From positions 1 through 28,110 of IMG/VR virus record IMGVR_UViG_3300031953_000084: a DNA stretch of 28,110 nucleotides; one strand, 5' to 3'. The position numbers were made by a program, and so were the translations under genes. The stretch is from a virus (lineage: Duplodnaviria > Caudoviricetes). How positions within the stretch are numbered: the stretch's first letter is position 1; every line of letters begins with the position of its first letter. Positions 15,916-24,949 of this stretch are shown here, piece after piece. The notes beneath the pieces are model-generated. The model worked only from the letters and a program-made list of their open reading frames with translations, ran no database searches and had not been told where the DNA came from.

Positions 15916-16655
15916 GGGTTGACCTCCTGCCATCCGTCCGCAAATTCATCCTCAAACACTTCAATGAAATCCCACTGAAACCCGTAAGTGCCGGACAAGC
16001 CCTGCACCGCGCGCGGCACGCCCTGCGCCTCAAAAACCACGTTTTCCGCATGGCCAAGGCTCACCAGCCCGCTCATCGTGAATGCCTCAGGCTTATCGGT
16101 GCGGATGATTGCCGCCCCCGCCTCATCTGAGCGCGCCACCGTCAGCACATAGGCGCTTTCAATGGCATCCCCATCCGTGATGCTGATCAGCTCAGAGGGG
16201 CGGGCAGCGATTTGACCGGGCGGCAACCCGGTGAGCGCGAGACCATGCCACCCACCATCCGTTGCCGGGGCGCCGGAAAGTGCAAAGTCACCATCGCCCC
16301 AAATAATCGGGGCACCGCCGGCACTCCAAAGCAAATCAACCCCGCTATCGGTCCAGCTTAGGACATTGCCGCGCAAATCATTGCGACCGCGATACATATG
16401 CCAAAGCGCAGAATGACACTCAACGCGCACCAACTTGGATTGCCCCGCCCATTGGCGGTTGAGCATCCGCACAAACCCTGCGCCCGCCGCATCGGTGCCA
16501 ATGCCCGTGACATGAGCGGTTGCCACGCGCCGCCCGCGCTGAGCTGATGAGGTGCGAGGACGCCCCTCAATGAGCCCAACAGAGCGAGATTGCGGATAAA
16601 CCTCAGCCAATTCCCAGCCGGTGAGCTGGAAAGGGGGCCATGCGAATACCTTCAT
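15906..16655 (-). CDS. Distal tail protein-like
   Basis: Immediately after tape measure (TAATG overlap); ends F.EV motif. Confidence 0.65.
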   Translation of the reverse strand: MKVFAWPPFQLTGWELAEVYPQSRSVGLIEGRPRTSSAQRGRRVATAHVTGIGTDAAGAGFVRMLNRQWAGQSKLVRVECHSALWHMYRGRNDLRGNVLSWTDSGVDLLWSAGGAPIIWGDGDFALSGAPATDGGWHGLALTGLPPGQIAARPSELISITDGDAIESAYVLTVARSDEAGAAIIRTDKPEAFTMSGLVSLGHAENVVFEAQGVPRAVQGLSGTYGFQWDFIEVFEDEFADGWQEVNPWD

Positions 16656-18871
16656 TATGGGGCCCATCCTGATTTACTGTTTCGGAACGTCTTTTGCGTT
16701 GCGCTCACCGATTGTGAAATGCTGCGCTGGTTCATGACCTGCACCTTTGCCATGATGGTGCCGTTGTCAGACAACATCAAATCGCCGCCGATCACATGAA
16801 TTTCAGAGGGGCCGGATCCACCGGACGCAGGCCCGCCCAATTTACTATTTGGGATCACTTGCGCGCCCATCGGCAGGTTGACCAGCTCAGGCCCGCGCTC
16901 ACCGACCCAAGACAAACCGCCACGCCAATTGTCAGTGCCGAGCGCGTTTGCGCCAATCGACATGCCGCCAAAAAAGGGCAAGCCGCCGATCAGGTTTTTA
17001 ATGCCTTTCATCGCCAGCATTTTCAGAACCTCAGCGGCGAAAGACTTGAGCGCCCCCTTGCCCTCACCGATATTATTAACGAGGTTGGTAAATGCCGTTT
17101 CCCATCCCTTATCAAAAAGCTCAGTTTCGTCTTTTGTCTTTTTGACCTCTTTGCCGATGGCGCGCACCCCGGCGGCGGCAGCGCCCGCAGATGCCGGGAT
17201 TTCCTTGAATTTTTCGTTAACCTGCGAGAGCCGCTGATTATATTCCTCTTGCGTGATCACACCGGCATCAAGCGCGCGCTTGAGAACATCCTGAGCCGCC
17301 GCCATTTGCTCAAGGCGGGCTTTGGCCGGGTCAATCGCCGTGACCAGCTTGCCCAACTCATCGGTGAGCCCGGCAACACTGCCCGGCGCGGTGCCGGGCG
17401 ATGAGCCCGGCGCGCCGCCCGTTGATGCGGGCGGTGCATCACCGGGCGAGCGCGCGCCACGGCTAGGAAATTGACTGCGCTTAAACCCCTCAAGGGTTTT
17501 TTGATAGCGCGTGAGCTGCGCCTCAGCCGCGTCAAGCTGCGCCTCAGCGGCGGCGGTGTTTTCCGCCATCGCCTCAGCGTATCCCGAATTTCCCCCGGCG
17601 GTGAGCGGGTTTTGATCCAAGAGCGCGCTGCCCGCCTGTTGCTTGGCGCGCGCAAGCGCAAGCTCGCCCTTTGCCGCCTCAAGTGCCGCACGCCCCTGAT
17701 CAATATGTGTGGCAATCAGTTGCTCGCCGGATGCGACCGACGCCGCATTGCTGCGATCAACCGCAGCGAGCGCCGCCTGCAAATCATCATACGCCTGATC
17801 CGCCAATTCAGCGGCGGTTTGACTTTCTCCAAACCGGGTTGACAGCAGGAAAATACCGCCCGCAACCGCCGCAATGGCAAGCCCAATCGGGCCACCAAAG
17901 AACGCCATCGCCGCGCCAAGCGCGATCATTGCGGTGCCCGCGATGCCCGCGTTATCCGACAGCGTGACCATGATGCTTGCCGCGTTCGCAATTGCGCCAA
18001 CCAAAGTTGTGCCAAAGAGCGTTGCCGCCTCAATAAACGCCGGATCGAGAACCGCCGTTGCGAGATCGGAAAAGGCACTCACAAGCATTGTGATTGAGCT
18101 TTGCAGCGGCCCGCCCGCAACGCTCGCATCTTGAAACTGCACCGCCAAGACTTGCAGCGCAGGCGCGAGGCCAACCGCAAGCTGATTGCGCATCCCCTCA
18201 AAAACAAAGCCAACCCGGCTCAGGGCGTCATTGGCCACCTCAACCTTTGACGCCATTTCATCCGACATGCTCAGGCCAAATTTCTGCACCTCCTCACGCG
18301 CCGCACGGATCGCGCCCGACCCTTGCAGCAAGGCGAGCGAAACCTCATTTGAGCGCACGCCAAAATCACGCATCAGCCCGGACGCATCCTGCGCGCTCAA
18401 GCCCATATCATTGATCCGATCAGCAATTGCGCCAAAGCGGGCGTCAACGTCCATTTCCATCAGCGTGCGGGCATCAAGCCCAAGCGCCTTGAGGGCATCC
18501 GACGCCGGGCCCGTACCCTCGCGCGCGGCCTCAGCGAGCCGCTTGCCCATCATCTGCACCGCGCCGTTCATATCGCCAACCGATGCACCCGCATCAGAGC
18601 CCGCGATTTGCAGCGCGCGTAGGCCATCAATGGAACCATCAATTGAGCGGGCCATTTTGGCCTGAGCATCAACCGCCTGCAATCCGCCCTTTGTCATGGC
18701 GATCATGCCCGCCGAGGCGGCGGCAAATGAGGCCCCCGCCGCAATGCCCGCGACCTTTGCGCCGCGCGCAAGCCCGTTCATGAGCGCCTTGGCGCGGCCA
18801 ATGCCGCGCGCAAGGTCCTTTGTATCTGCGCCAATGGAAACTTTGAGGTTTCCGATATTCTGAGCCGCCAT
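16655..18871 (-). CDS. Tail tape measure protein
   Basis: IGNLKVSIGADT N-terminus, Ala-rich helical body, C-terminal VGERGPELV. Confidence 0.92.
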   Translation of the reverse strand: MAAQNIGNLKVSIGADTKDLARGIGRAKALMNGLARGAKVAGIAAGASFAAASAGMIAMTKGGLQAVDAQAKMARSIDGSIDGLRALQIAGSDAGASVGDMNGAVQMMGKRLAEAAREGTGPASDALKALGLDARTLMEMDVDARFGAIADRINDMGLSAQDASGLMRDFGVRSNEVSLALLQGSGAIRAAREEVQKFGLSMSDEMASKVEVANDALSRVGFVFEGMRNQLAVGLAPALQVLAVQFQDASVAGGPLQSSITMLVSAFSDLATAVLDPAFIEAATLFGTTLVGAIANAASIMVTLSDNAGIAGTAMIALGAAMAFFGGPIGLAIAAVAGGIFLLSTRFGESQTAAELADQAYDDLQAALAAVDRSNAASVASGEQLIATHIDQGRAALEAAKGELALARAKQQAGSALLDQNPLTAGGNSGYAEAMAENTAAAEAQLDAAEAQLTRYQKTLEGFKRSQFPSRGARSPGDAPPASTGGAPGSSPGTAPGSVAGLTDELGKLVTAIDPAKARLEQMAAAQDVLKRALDAGVITQEEYNQRLSQVNEKFKEIPASAGAAAAGVRAIGKEVKKTKDETELFDKGWETAFTNLVNNIGEGKGALKSFAAEVLKMLAMKGIKNLIGGLPFFGGMSIGANALGTDNWRGGLSWVGERGPELVNLPMGAQVIPNSKLGGPASGGSGPSEIHVIGGDLMLSDNGTIMAKVQVMNQRSISQSVSATQKTFRNSKSGWAP

Positions 18872-19233
18872 CAGACTTTCCCCCTTTGTGCGCGCACTTG
18901 AGCGAGCTGGGCGGGATCGCCCCCCCACGCGAGAAACAATTGATCAAGGCTGATCTCCTGTTGCTCAGCCGTTTGCGGGCCCCGCTTTTGTTGTTTTGTG
19001 AACATGGCATCCAACTCAGGAAGCTTTTGCTGGCGAGAGAGGGCAGCAACATGCCAAGCGTGCCACGCCCGGCCATCTTGCTCAACGGACAGGCGGCGGC
19101 GCGCACCCTCAAGGCGCGCAACCATCTCACGGGGCGTGATCCGCCAAAATCCCTCAGGCTCTAAGCCGTGCGAAACATAGACACGATGCAGCTCAAGCCA
19201 ATCCCATTCCGCCTGCCCGTCATTTACTTTCCC
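18871..19233 (-). CDS. Tail assembly chaperone gpT portion, reached by -1 frameshift
   Basis: -1 frame open from GGGAAAG (19227-19233): GKVNDGQAEWDWLELHRVYVSHGLEPEGFWRITPREMVAR... Confidence 0.8.
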   Translation of the reverse strand, partial: GKVNDGQAEWDWLELHRVYVSHGLEPEGFWRITPREMVARLEGARRRLSVEQDGRAWHAWHVAALSRQQKLPELDAMFTKQQKRGPQTAEQQEISLDQLFLAWGGDPAQLAQVRAQRGKV

Positions 19234-19556
19234 GGCTCACCATCCTCTTTGGCATCTGGAAAGGCGGCAAGGATCGCATCCATCATGATCCTGTCATGAT
19301 CGCCGCGCACCTCATCAATCAACCGCCCGGCATCGGCAATCGTGGCCTCAGGCCGCTCATCCAACATCATTGCCCAAAACAACAGGCGCACGATTTTCAT
19401 CCGGGGGCGCGTTGTGTCGTTCAAATCTTCCAAGAGGTCAGTGATCGGGCGATTTGCGGCATCCTCAAGCTCACAAATCGCGTTGGTGGACAACATCAGA
19501 TTGATCTTGCCCCCCTCAAATGGGGCAGCGATTTGACCGCGCACTTTGTTTGCCAT
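19224..19556 (-). CDS. Tail assembly chaperone gpG-like (GTA-gp10-like)
   Basis: MAN..RG, NAICELE; ends CCG GGA AAG TAA. Confidence 0.85.
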   Translation of the reverse strand: MANKVRGQIAAPFEGGKINLMLSTNAICELEDAANRPITDLLEDLNDTTRPRMKIVRLLFWAMMLDERPEATIADAGRLIDEVRGDHDRIMMDAILAAFPDAKEDGEPGK

Positions 19557-19609
19557 GAGGCTTGCCTTTCAAGGTCATAATGCAGAAATAAGGTGAGACA
19601 GGCCCGCGA

Positions 19610-20044
19610 TTAAGGGGCGGCGGCAGTCAATGTCGGCTTGCCGGATGGTTTCACCGAGAACTCACCGGCCATTGTGGTTGTGGACGGATCGCCCGGCTTC
19701 CAGCTTTGCGCGATGCCCGAGAAATCAAGCATGACGCCGTTGGGATACGTGATGCGGAAATCGCCCTTGCCCGCGATCATCGCCCCATAAAGGGCATCCG
19801 TTTCCGATGCGTTATAGTTGAAAGCGATGGTTGCCGGATCAGTATCCAGCAAGCCCGCGATAAACTCGCGGAAATCATCGGGGCTTTCAAGGTGCGTGGC
19901 ATCAATCGCCTCACGCGTGATGCCGGGCGAGGTGATTGACGTGACCTCAAAACCAACCTTGGTATAGGTGACAGACCCACCATCGACGCCATCGCCAATG
20001 GAAAAGGTTGCCTTCATGCCGGTCGTGGCGCTTGTTACGGGCAT
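19610..20044 (-). CDS. Major tail (tube) protein
   Basis: IDATHLESP..FREFIAGL.D and K.SGKP motifs. Confidence 0.9.
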   Translation of the reverse strand: MPVTSATTGMKATFSIGDGVDGGSVTYTKVGFEVTSITSPGITREAIDATHLESPDDFREFIAGLLDTDPATIAFNYNASETDALYGAMIAGKGDFRITYPNGVMLDFSGIAQSWKPGDPSTTTMAGEFSVKPSGKPTLTAAAP

Positions 20045-20069
20045 TGCCGAACTCCAATATTTTCAGGAT

Positions 20070-20528
20070 TTAAAGTGACGGATCATCCGGCGTTGCGCCA
20101 AAGGTGATCGTGAATTTCATCAGCCTCACACCGATAATGAGTGCGCCCTGATTTTGGGCGACCTCAACCGACATCAGCCGATTGGAACGGGCGAGGCCGA
20201 AGCCGCCCGCGCCGATCATGGTTTGCTCAACGGCAAGCTGCATATCATCCAGTTGATCCATCGGATCAGCGCCGCCGCGCGCCATCAACACCACATCAAG
20301 CGAGAGCTGCCGCGTGATCTCGCTCAAATCCTCATGATCCAGAACCTCGCCGCCGGTGAACACATAGAGCGCGGGCATTTTCTCATCAGGCACCACCCAA
20401 CCGGCGGGCGGCGTATTCAATACCGCAACCGGCACCGCACCGCTGCCGGGATCAACCGTGATCCCCGCGCCGGTGAGAGCGGCCTTAAATCGGTGCCGGA
20501 TTTCCTTTGCGATCAGGGTTGCACTCAT
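20070..20528 (-). CDS. Tail terminator / minor tail protein
   Basis: Position before tail tube; PALYVFTGGE; LDD....VE. Confidence 0.65.
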   Translation of the reverse strand: MSATLIAKEIRHRFKAALTGAGITVDPGSGAVPVAVLNTPPAGWVVPDEKMPALYVFTGGEVLDHEDLSEITRQLSLDVVLMARGGADPMDQLDDMQLAVEQTMIGAGGFGLARSNRLMSVEVAQNQGALIIGVRLMKFTITFGATPDDPSL

Positions 20529-20848
20529 GGGACCACCTCAAGTTGCGCCGTGACCAGCGCATCAGAGGCCGGGCTTGCGCTTTCCTCATGGAATAGGAAC
20601 TTGTAAATTTGACCATCCTTGGGATCAACAAGATCGCCCTCGCTGAGATCGGCAAGCTCATGGCGCGGCGCGCGCAGCACCGGGATCAGCGTTTCAATCT
20701 CAACCCCGTTGTGCCCGTCAACCCGGCGCGGCACCTGCCGGAACACCGCCTGAATATCGCGGGCTTGCGGTGCGCCGGGGTGCAGGGTGACGGTGCCGCC
20801 AAACGCCCGCGCGAGAGAGGCGGCGACACCGCGAAAGGGGCCCTGCAT
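20525..20848 (-). CDS. Head-tail joining protein (gpFII-like)
   Basis: 107 aa, position, coupled overlaps, GD motif. Confidence 0.65.
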   Translation of the reverse strand: MQGPFRGVAASLARAFGGTVTLHPGAPQARDIQAVFRQVPRRVDGHNGVEIETLIPVLRAPRHELADLSEGDLVDPKDGQIYKFLFHEESASPASDALVTAQLEVVP

Positions 20849-21168
20849 CAGATCAGGACGACAACGCCGGTCGCAGAGGGATCAGCCGCCGCCTGCGCGG
20901 CATAGCCGATCAGCGTATTGGTGGAGGCAACCGTTGTGCATTGCCCGGCGGTGTTGTCCCAATAGACTTTCGCGCCAACGGTCCAAGCCTGCGCGCTCAG
21001 CTTGTTGAGGATAAAGACACCCTCGCGGGCAATCGTCACATCATCGCCAATTCCGGCATCACCGGCAGCAACGCCGAACATCGAACCGACCAAGACACCC
21101 GCGCCAGAGGATACGGCAGCGGCGGCGATAACGGTGAGCATGGCACCGTTTTGCAGATAGTTTTTCAT
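20848..21168 (-). CDS. DUF2190-family capsid cement/decoration protein
   Basis: MKNYLQNG...GVA...EGVF...GAKVYWD...IG; follows capsid gene. Confidence 0.85.
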   Translation of the reverse strand: MKNYLQNGAMLTVIAAAAVSSGAGVLVGSMFGVAAGDAGIGDDVTIAREGVFILNKLSAQAWTVGAKVYWDNTAGQCTTVASTNTLIGYAAQAAADPSATGVVVLI

Positions 21169-21265
21169 CAATTTCCCTTTCAGGGCTTGAGGTTTTCAAA
21201 GGCTTCTCACAACAAAGGGTACCCCTCAGGGTGCCCCTCATCACATCAGGCCGGGGCCGTAAGGC

Positions 21266-23299
21266 TTAGCCGCGCTTGTAAGCGCCCATATAGCCGACAG
21301 CGCCGCAGGCAAAGTCATGCTCAATGGTCATGCGCGTGCCCTGCGAACCAAACGGATCATCAACCCGCACGCGGGGGGCGCGGTATCCGTCAAGATAGCC
21401 GTGCTTGAACGAGTGCGTTTTCTTGGACTTATCGACAGCCAAGAACCATTTGCCATCGGTGATTTCCTCAGACACCACCAAGCGCAGGCTTTTGGCGAGC
21501 GGGTTGATGTTTAGTTGCTCAGCGGCCAGCACCGGCGCAAGGAATTGCTCAGCCTCAGTTTCGCGCTCAGGCCCGACGATCAGCACCGAGGGGCCATTGG
21601 CCTTGATCGACCGCCCACCAGCTTGCTTGTGCGAGCGCATCGCCAACCGGCCAGCCGCAACGGTGACGGTTGTGATCGCGCCACTCGCGCCGACGTTCCC
21701 GTGATCGGCATGGAAAAGCGCTTTCGTATCGGTGAGAACCGGGTTGCTCAGGAGCATCGCCCAAAAGGTTTCTTCCTCAAACTCGGGAACGATCCCGGCG
21801 GCGTTCAGCAGAACCTCAGCAATTGCGCCCATTGCGTCATTGACCATCAGTTGACGCGAAACCGCGATGCCGGTTGCGTAAGATGCCAGGGCGAGGCTTT
21901 CCTTACCTTCACCGAAGGTGCCAAACTTGATCTCGCCGTTTTCGCCAATCTTTTTCAGCGTTGGGAAGTTGTCGGGGCGCACGATGTCATGCGCGCGGAA
22001 ATCGTTGAACACCATTTCACGCGAGAATGCGTCAAAGGTCGGATCAACAAGATCATAGGCACTTTCGATCACAGTGTTGAACGCGCTGGACAGGATCAGC
22101 GGGAAATCCGAGGTGGAATGCCCGGCGAGCATCATCACATCAGCCTTGGCCCCAGTGCTGCGCGGGCGAGCGGCCCCCGTCAGATCAGCGGCCATTTCCA
22201 CAAAGCCCATTTCCATATAGGGGCGGGCGCGATCATCGGCAGGCGTGCGGCCAAGCATCTGAGCAACAGCGGCCTCAGTCATGCCAACGCGCTTTGTGTC
22301 ACGCTCATCGCGCAGGATTTCAACCCGATGCGTGCGCGGTTGCCCGGCGGCGGCGGCACTCATGATCACGCGGTTTGCCTCATCAAGCGTTGTGCCGTCG
22401 TCAATCATGCGGTCAACCTCAGCTTGACCAACATGCGCCATGAAGGGCGCGGCGGCGGCGCGGATCGATTGGACGCGCGAGCGGTCAGCAGCAACCGCAT
22501 CAGCGGCGCTCATGACCGGCGCAGGCGCAGCGGCGGGCACAACAGCGGCGACGGGGGCGGCGGGCGCGATGATGTTATCTTTCGACATAGTGTCAACCTC
22601 TTGCTTTGGTTCATTGGCCTCTTGGCCGGTTGTTTGGCTTGCGCCACCATCGGAGCCCGCCTGAGCGGCCACGAATTTCATTTTCGCCTCTTGGGCGCGG
22701 CCTATTGCGGCACTCGCCGCATCAAGCGCGGCGGCGCGGCTCATGGCCGGATCGCTCACCACCTTCACCGGCGCGGCAGTCACCGCATCAGCAAAGCCCG
22801 CCTCAACCGCCGCCTGCGCGGTGAACATGGTTTCAGCCCGCATGATCTCGCGGGCCGCATCGGGCGTGATCCCGGCGCGGGCGGCGTAAACTGCCGCATA
22901 GGCACCCGCCGTCACGTCAAGCGCAGCGGCAGACGCGGCGAGCGCCGCCGGGGTGCCGATTACGTAGGTTGAGGGATCATGGATCAACATCAGCGAGCCT
23001 GCCGACATCTCAATGTGATCGGCACTCATGATCATCAGCGAGGCGGCGCTGTGCGCCGAGCCTGTCACCTTTACCGTGACCTTTCCGGGGTGCGCCTCAA
23101 GAGCCGCGCGGATCGCCTCACCCTCGCATGGGTTCCCGCCATCGGAATTGACAATCAAGACAACATCGCCCTGCATCCGGGCAAGGGCATCCGACACCAT
23201 CCGGGCAGAGAAAAAGCCCGTATCCTCAGGCCAAATATATTCGTCTTTGACAACCGTGCCGAAAAGCCGGATTTCGCCGCCATGGATCAGATCGCTCAT
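21266..23299 (-). CDS. ClpP-type prohead protease - major capsid protein fusion
   Basis: NSDGG, SAAS (Ser), LIHDP (His); Ala/Pro scaffold-like linker; HSTSDFP, DF, GEIKFG, SRQ..VND capsid motifs. Confidence 0.9.
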   Translation of the reverse strand: MSDLIHGGEIRLFGTVVKDEYIWPEDTGFFSARMVSDALARMQGDVVLIVNSDGGNPCEGEAIRAALEAHPGKVTVKVTGSAHSAASLMIMSADHIEMSAGSLMLIHDPSTYVIGTPAALAASAAALDVTAGAYAAVYAARAGITPDAAREIMRAETMFTAQAAVEAGFADAVTAAPVKVVSDPAMSRAAALDAASAAIGRAQEAKMKFVAAQAGSDGGASQTTGQEANEPKQEVDTMSKDNIIAPAAPVAAVVPAAAPAPVMSAADAVAADRSRVQSIRAAAAPFMAHVGQAEVDRMIDDGTTLDEANRVIMSAAAAGQPRTHRVEILRDERDTKRVGMTEAAVAQMLGRTPADDRARPYMEMGFVEMAADLTGAARPRSTGAKADVMMLAGHSTSDFPLILSSAFNTVIESAYDLVDPTFDAFSREMVFNDFRAHDIVRPDNFPTLKKIGENGEIKFGTFGEGKESLALASYATGIAVSRQLMVNDAMGAIAEVLLNAAGIVPEFEEETFWAMLLSNPVLTDTKALFHADHGNVGASGAITTVTVAAGRLAMRSHKQAGGRSIKANGPSVLIVGPERETEAEQFLAPVLAAEQLNINPLAKSLRLVVSEEITDGKWFLAVDKSKKTHSFKHGYLDGYRAPRVRVDDPFGSQGTRMTIEHDFACGAVGYMGAYKRG

Positions 23300-24729
23300 G
23301 AGCGTTTTCCTTTCTCATTTTCAGGAACCGCGCCCGCATCAACCGGCGGGGCGGGGTGCCGGGCGGCATCCTCAAGGCGCTCGCGCGCGATGGTATCAGG
23401 ATCCAACCCCATCGCGCGTTGTTCGCGCGACAAACTTGTAAGCCCGGCCTCAATCTTTTTGATGATCGCCGGGATTTCCTTGGTTGGATCAATCAACGCC
23501 CGGCGTTGCGCCGTCCAACCCATTTGCAGCGGGCTCAGCGACTTGCCGCTCTTGAGGCGGTAAGCATCCATCGCCCACCGCCCGACACCCGCGCAGAATT
23601 GCGAGATCAATATTTGCTCTTGCCAAGTCTCAACATTCTTATCCATTTCAAGCCGCCCGGCGCGCATGGATGAGAAATTGACGTTACTGAGATCGCCGCT
23701 GAGGCTTTCCCCGGTGATGCCGATGCCCATTGCCACAGCCCAAAGCCCAAGGCGCATGACAATGTTGTAATCATCGACCTTGGGCGGCGTGGTGAATGTC
23801 ACCTTTTGCCCGGCCTCAGTATAAACAAAGGCCCCCGGCGCAAGCGCATCAAGCCCGCTCGCACCCTCAGGGATACCCTCATCCCCGGTTTCAACAACAC
23901 CCGCCAAAAGGGCGCTGATTTTTTGCTTGAGGATTTGCGCCTCTTGGTAATCGCGCATCTCACTCAACGTCACCATCACCGGCGCAAGCCAAGGCACGCC
24001 GCGCATTTGGCCGGGCCGGTCAATCCGGCGGATATGCAGGACATCCGAGGCCGGAACCCGCGTGCTTTTCAGCGACAGGCGGCGCACCGCCGCGCCGGGG
24101 TGTTGCTCAAAGATGTGATAGGCAACAGCGATGCCGCTGCCGTCATATTCAATCCCGTCAATCACCTCATTTTGCCCGTGGGTTTGCACGGTGCTGTCAA
24201 GGTGATCAATTTCTAGAATTTCCACCGAGAGGGGCAGGGCTGCGCTCTGATCATCGCGCGTGCGGCGCAAGGCCAGAACCTCGCCGCTTTCAAAGAGGCT
24301 GTTGCTCACTACGCTTTGCATGGTGGCAAAATTCATCGCCCGGTGCGCGTCAATTTCGGTTGACTGCATAAAAGGCAGGATCACCGCCGCCGCATCCGTG
24401 GCGGCTTTCTTGTTGGTGGCGGTGATGGATGGTGCAATGCCCGCGCCAACCACGTTATTTGTGACCACAGATTGCGCGCGCTTGGCAAAGGGTGCGTTGC
24501 GGATCAGATCGCGCGAGCGTTGGCGCAGCACGCGCCGCGAGCCAAGCGAGGCGGCATCGGCATCCGTTGCCGGTCCCCTGATCCCCTTGACGCGCCGCCC
24601 CATGCCGCCCGCGTCATAATTCATCAAAATGCTTGCTTTGGCCTTGGCTTGGATGCGCGAGAGGCCCTTGATCGGTGAAATCGCGAGAATTGCGCGATCC
24701 AGCATTGAGGCATTGCCAAAGTGCTTCAT
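23296..24729 (-). CDS. Portal protein, lambda family
   Basis: LRQRSRDLIRN, RPGQMRGVP, GDLSNVNFSS.RAG, IDPTKE; ATG at 24729. Confidence 0.93.
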   Translation of the reverse strand: MKHFGNASMLDRAILAISPIKGLSRIQAKAKASILMNYDAGGMGRRVKGIRGPATDADAASLGSRRVLRQRSRDLIRNAPFAKRAQSVVTNNVVGAGIAPSITATNKKAATDAAAVILPFMQSTEIDAHRAMNFATMQSVVSNSLFESGEVLALRRTRDDQSAALPLSVEILEIDHLDSTVQTHGQNEVIDGIEYDGSGIAVAYHIFEQHPGAAVRRLSLKSTRVPASDVLHIRRIDRPGQMRGVPWLAPVMVTLSEMRDYQEAQILKQKISALLAGVVETGDEGIPEGASGLDALAPGAFVYTEAGQKVTFTTPPKVDDYNIVMRLGLWAVAMGIGITGESLSGDLSNVNFSSMRAGRLEMDKNVETWQEQILISQFCAGVGRWAMDAYRLKSGKSLSPLQMGWTAQRRALIDPTKEIPAIIKKIEAGLTSLSREQRAMGLDPDTIARERLEDAARHPAPPVDAGAVPENEKGKRS

Positions 24730-24733
24730 TGGA

Positions 24734-24943
24734 TCAAACCCCGCGATCAGTGTTGGGATAGCGCACCGGGAAGGCCGGGCGCGCCGCACTTGCGGCAAGA
24801 TCGGCCTCAATCAGCCGCTTGATCTTGAGCAATTCCGGCAAGGTGCGATATTGCACCATTTCCCCGGCGATCATGGCTTGCGACAGCCCGCCGCTGATGA
24901 GCTGATTGATGTTCGCAAGGTCTTGCGAGGTATAGGACGCCAT
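24734..24943 (-). CDS. Head completion protein (gpW-like)
   Basis: 69 aa between terL and portal; G..VQYR.L.EL. Confidence 0.8.
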   Translation of the reverse strand: MASYTSQDLANINQLISGGLSQAMIAGEMVQYRTLPELLKIKRLIEADLAASAARPAFPVRYPNTDRGV

Positions 24944-24949
24944 TTGCGA

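Noticed and set aside
18876-18882. Second GGGAAAG that might fuse gpGT to the tape measure
   Set aside because: Read as GGG AAA G, the wrong phase for X XXY YYZ slippage; better explained as the tape measure SD
12756-20044. Gene transfer agent cluster
   Set aside because: Integrase, attP, lambda gpA-type terminase and lambda-type portal indicate a true temperate phage
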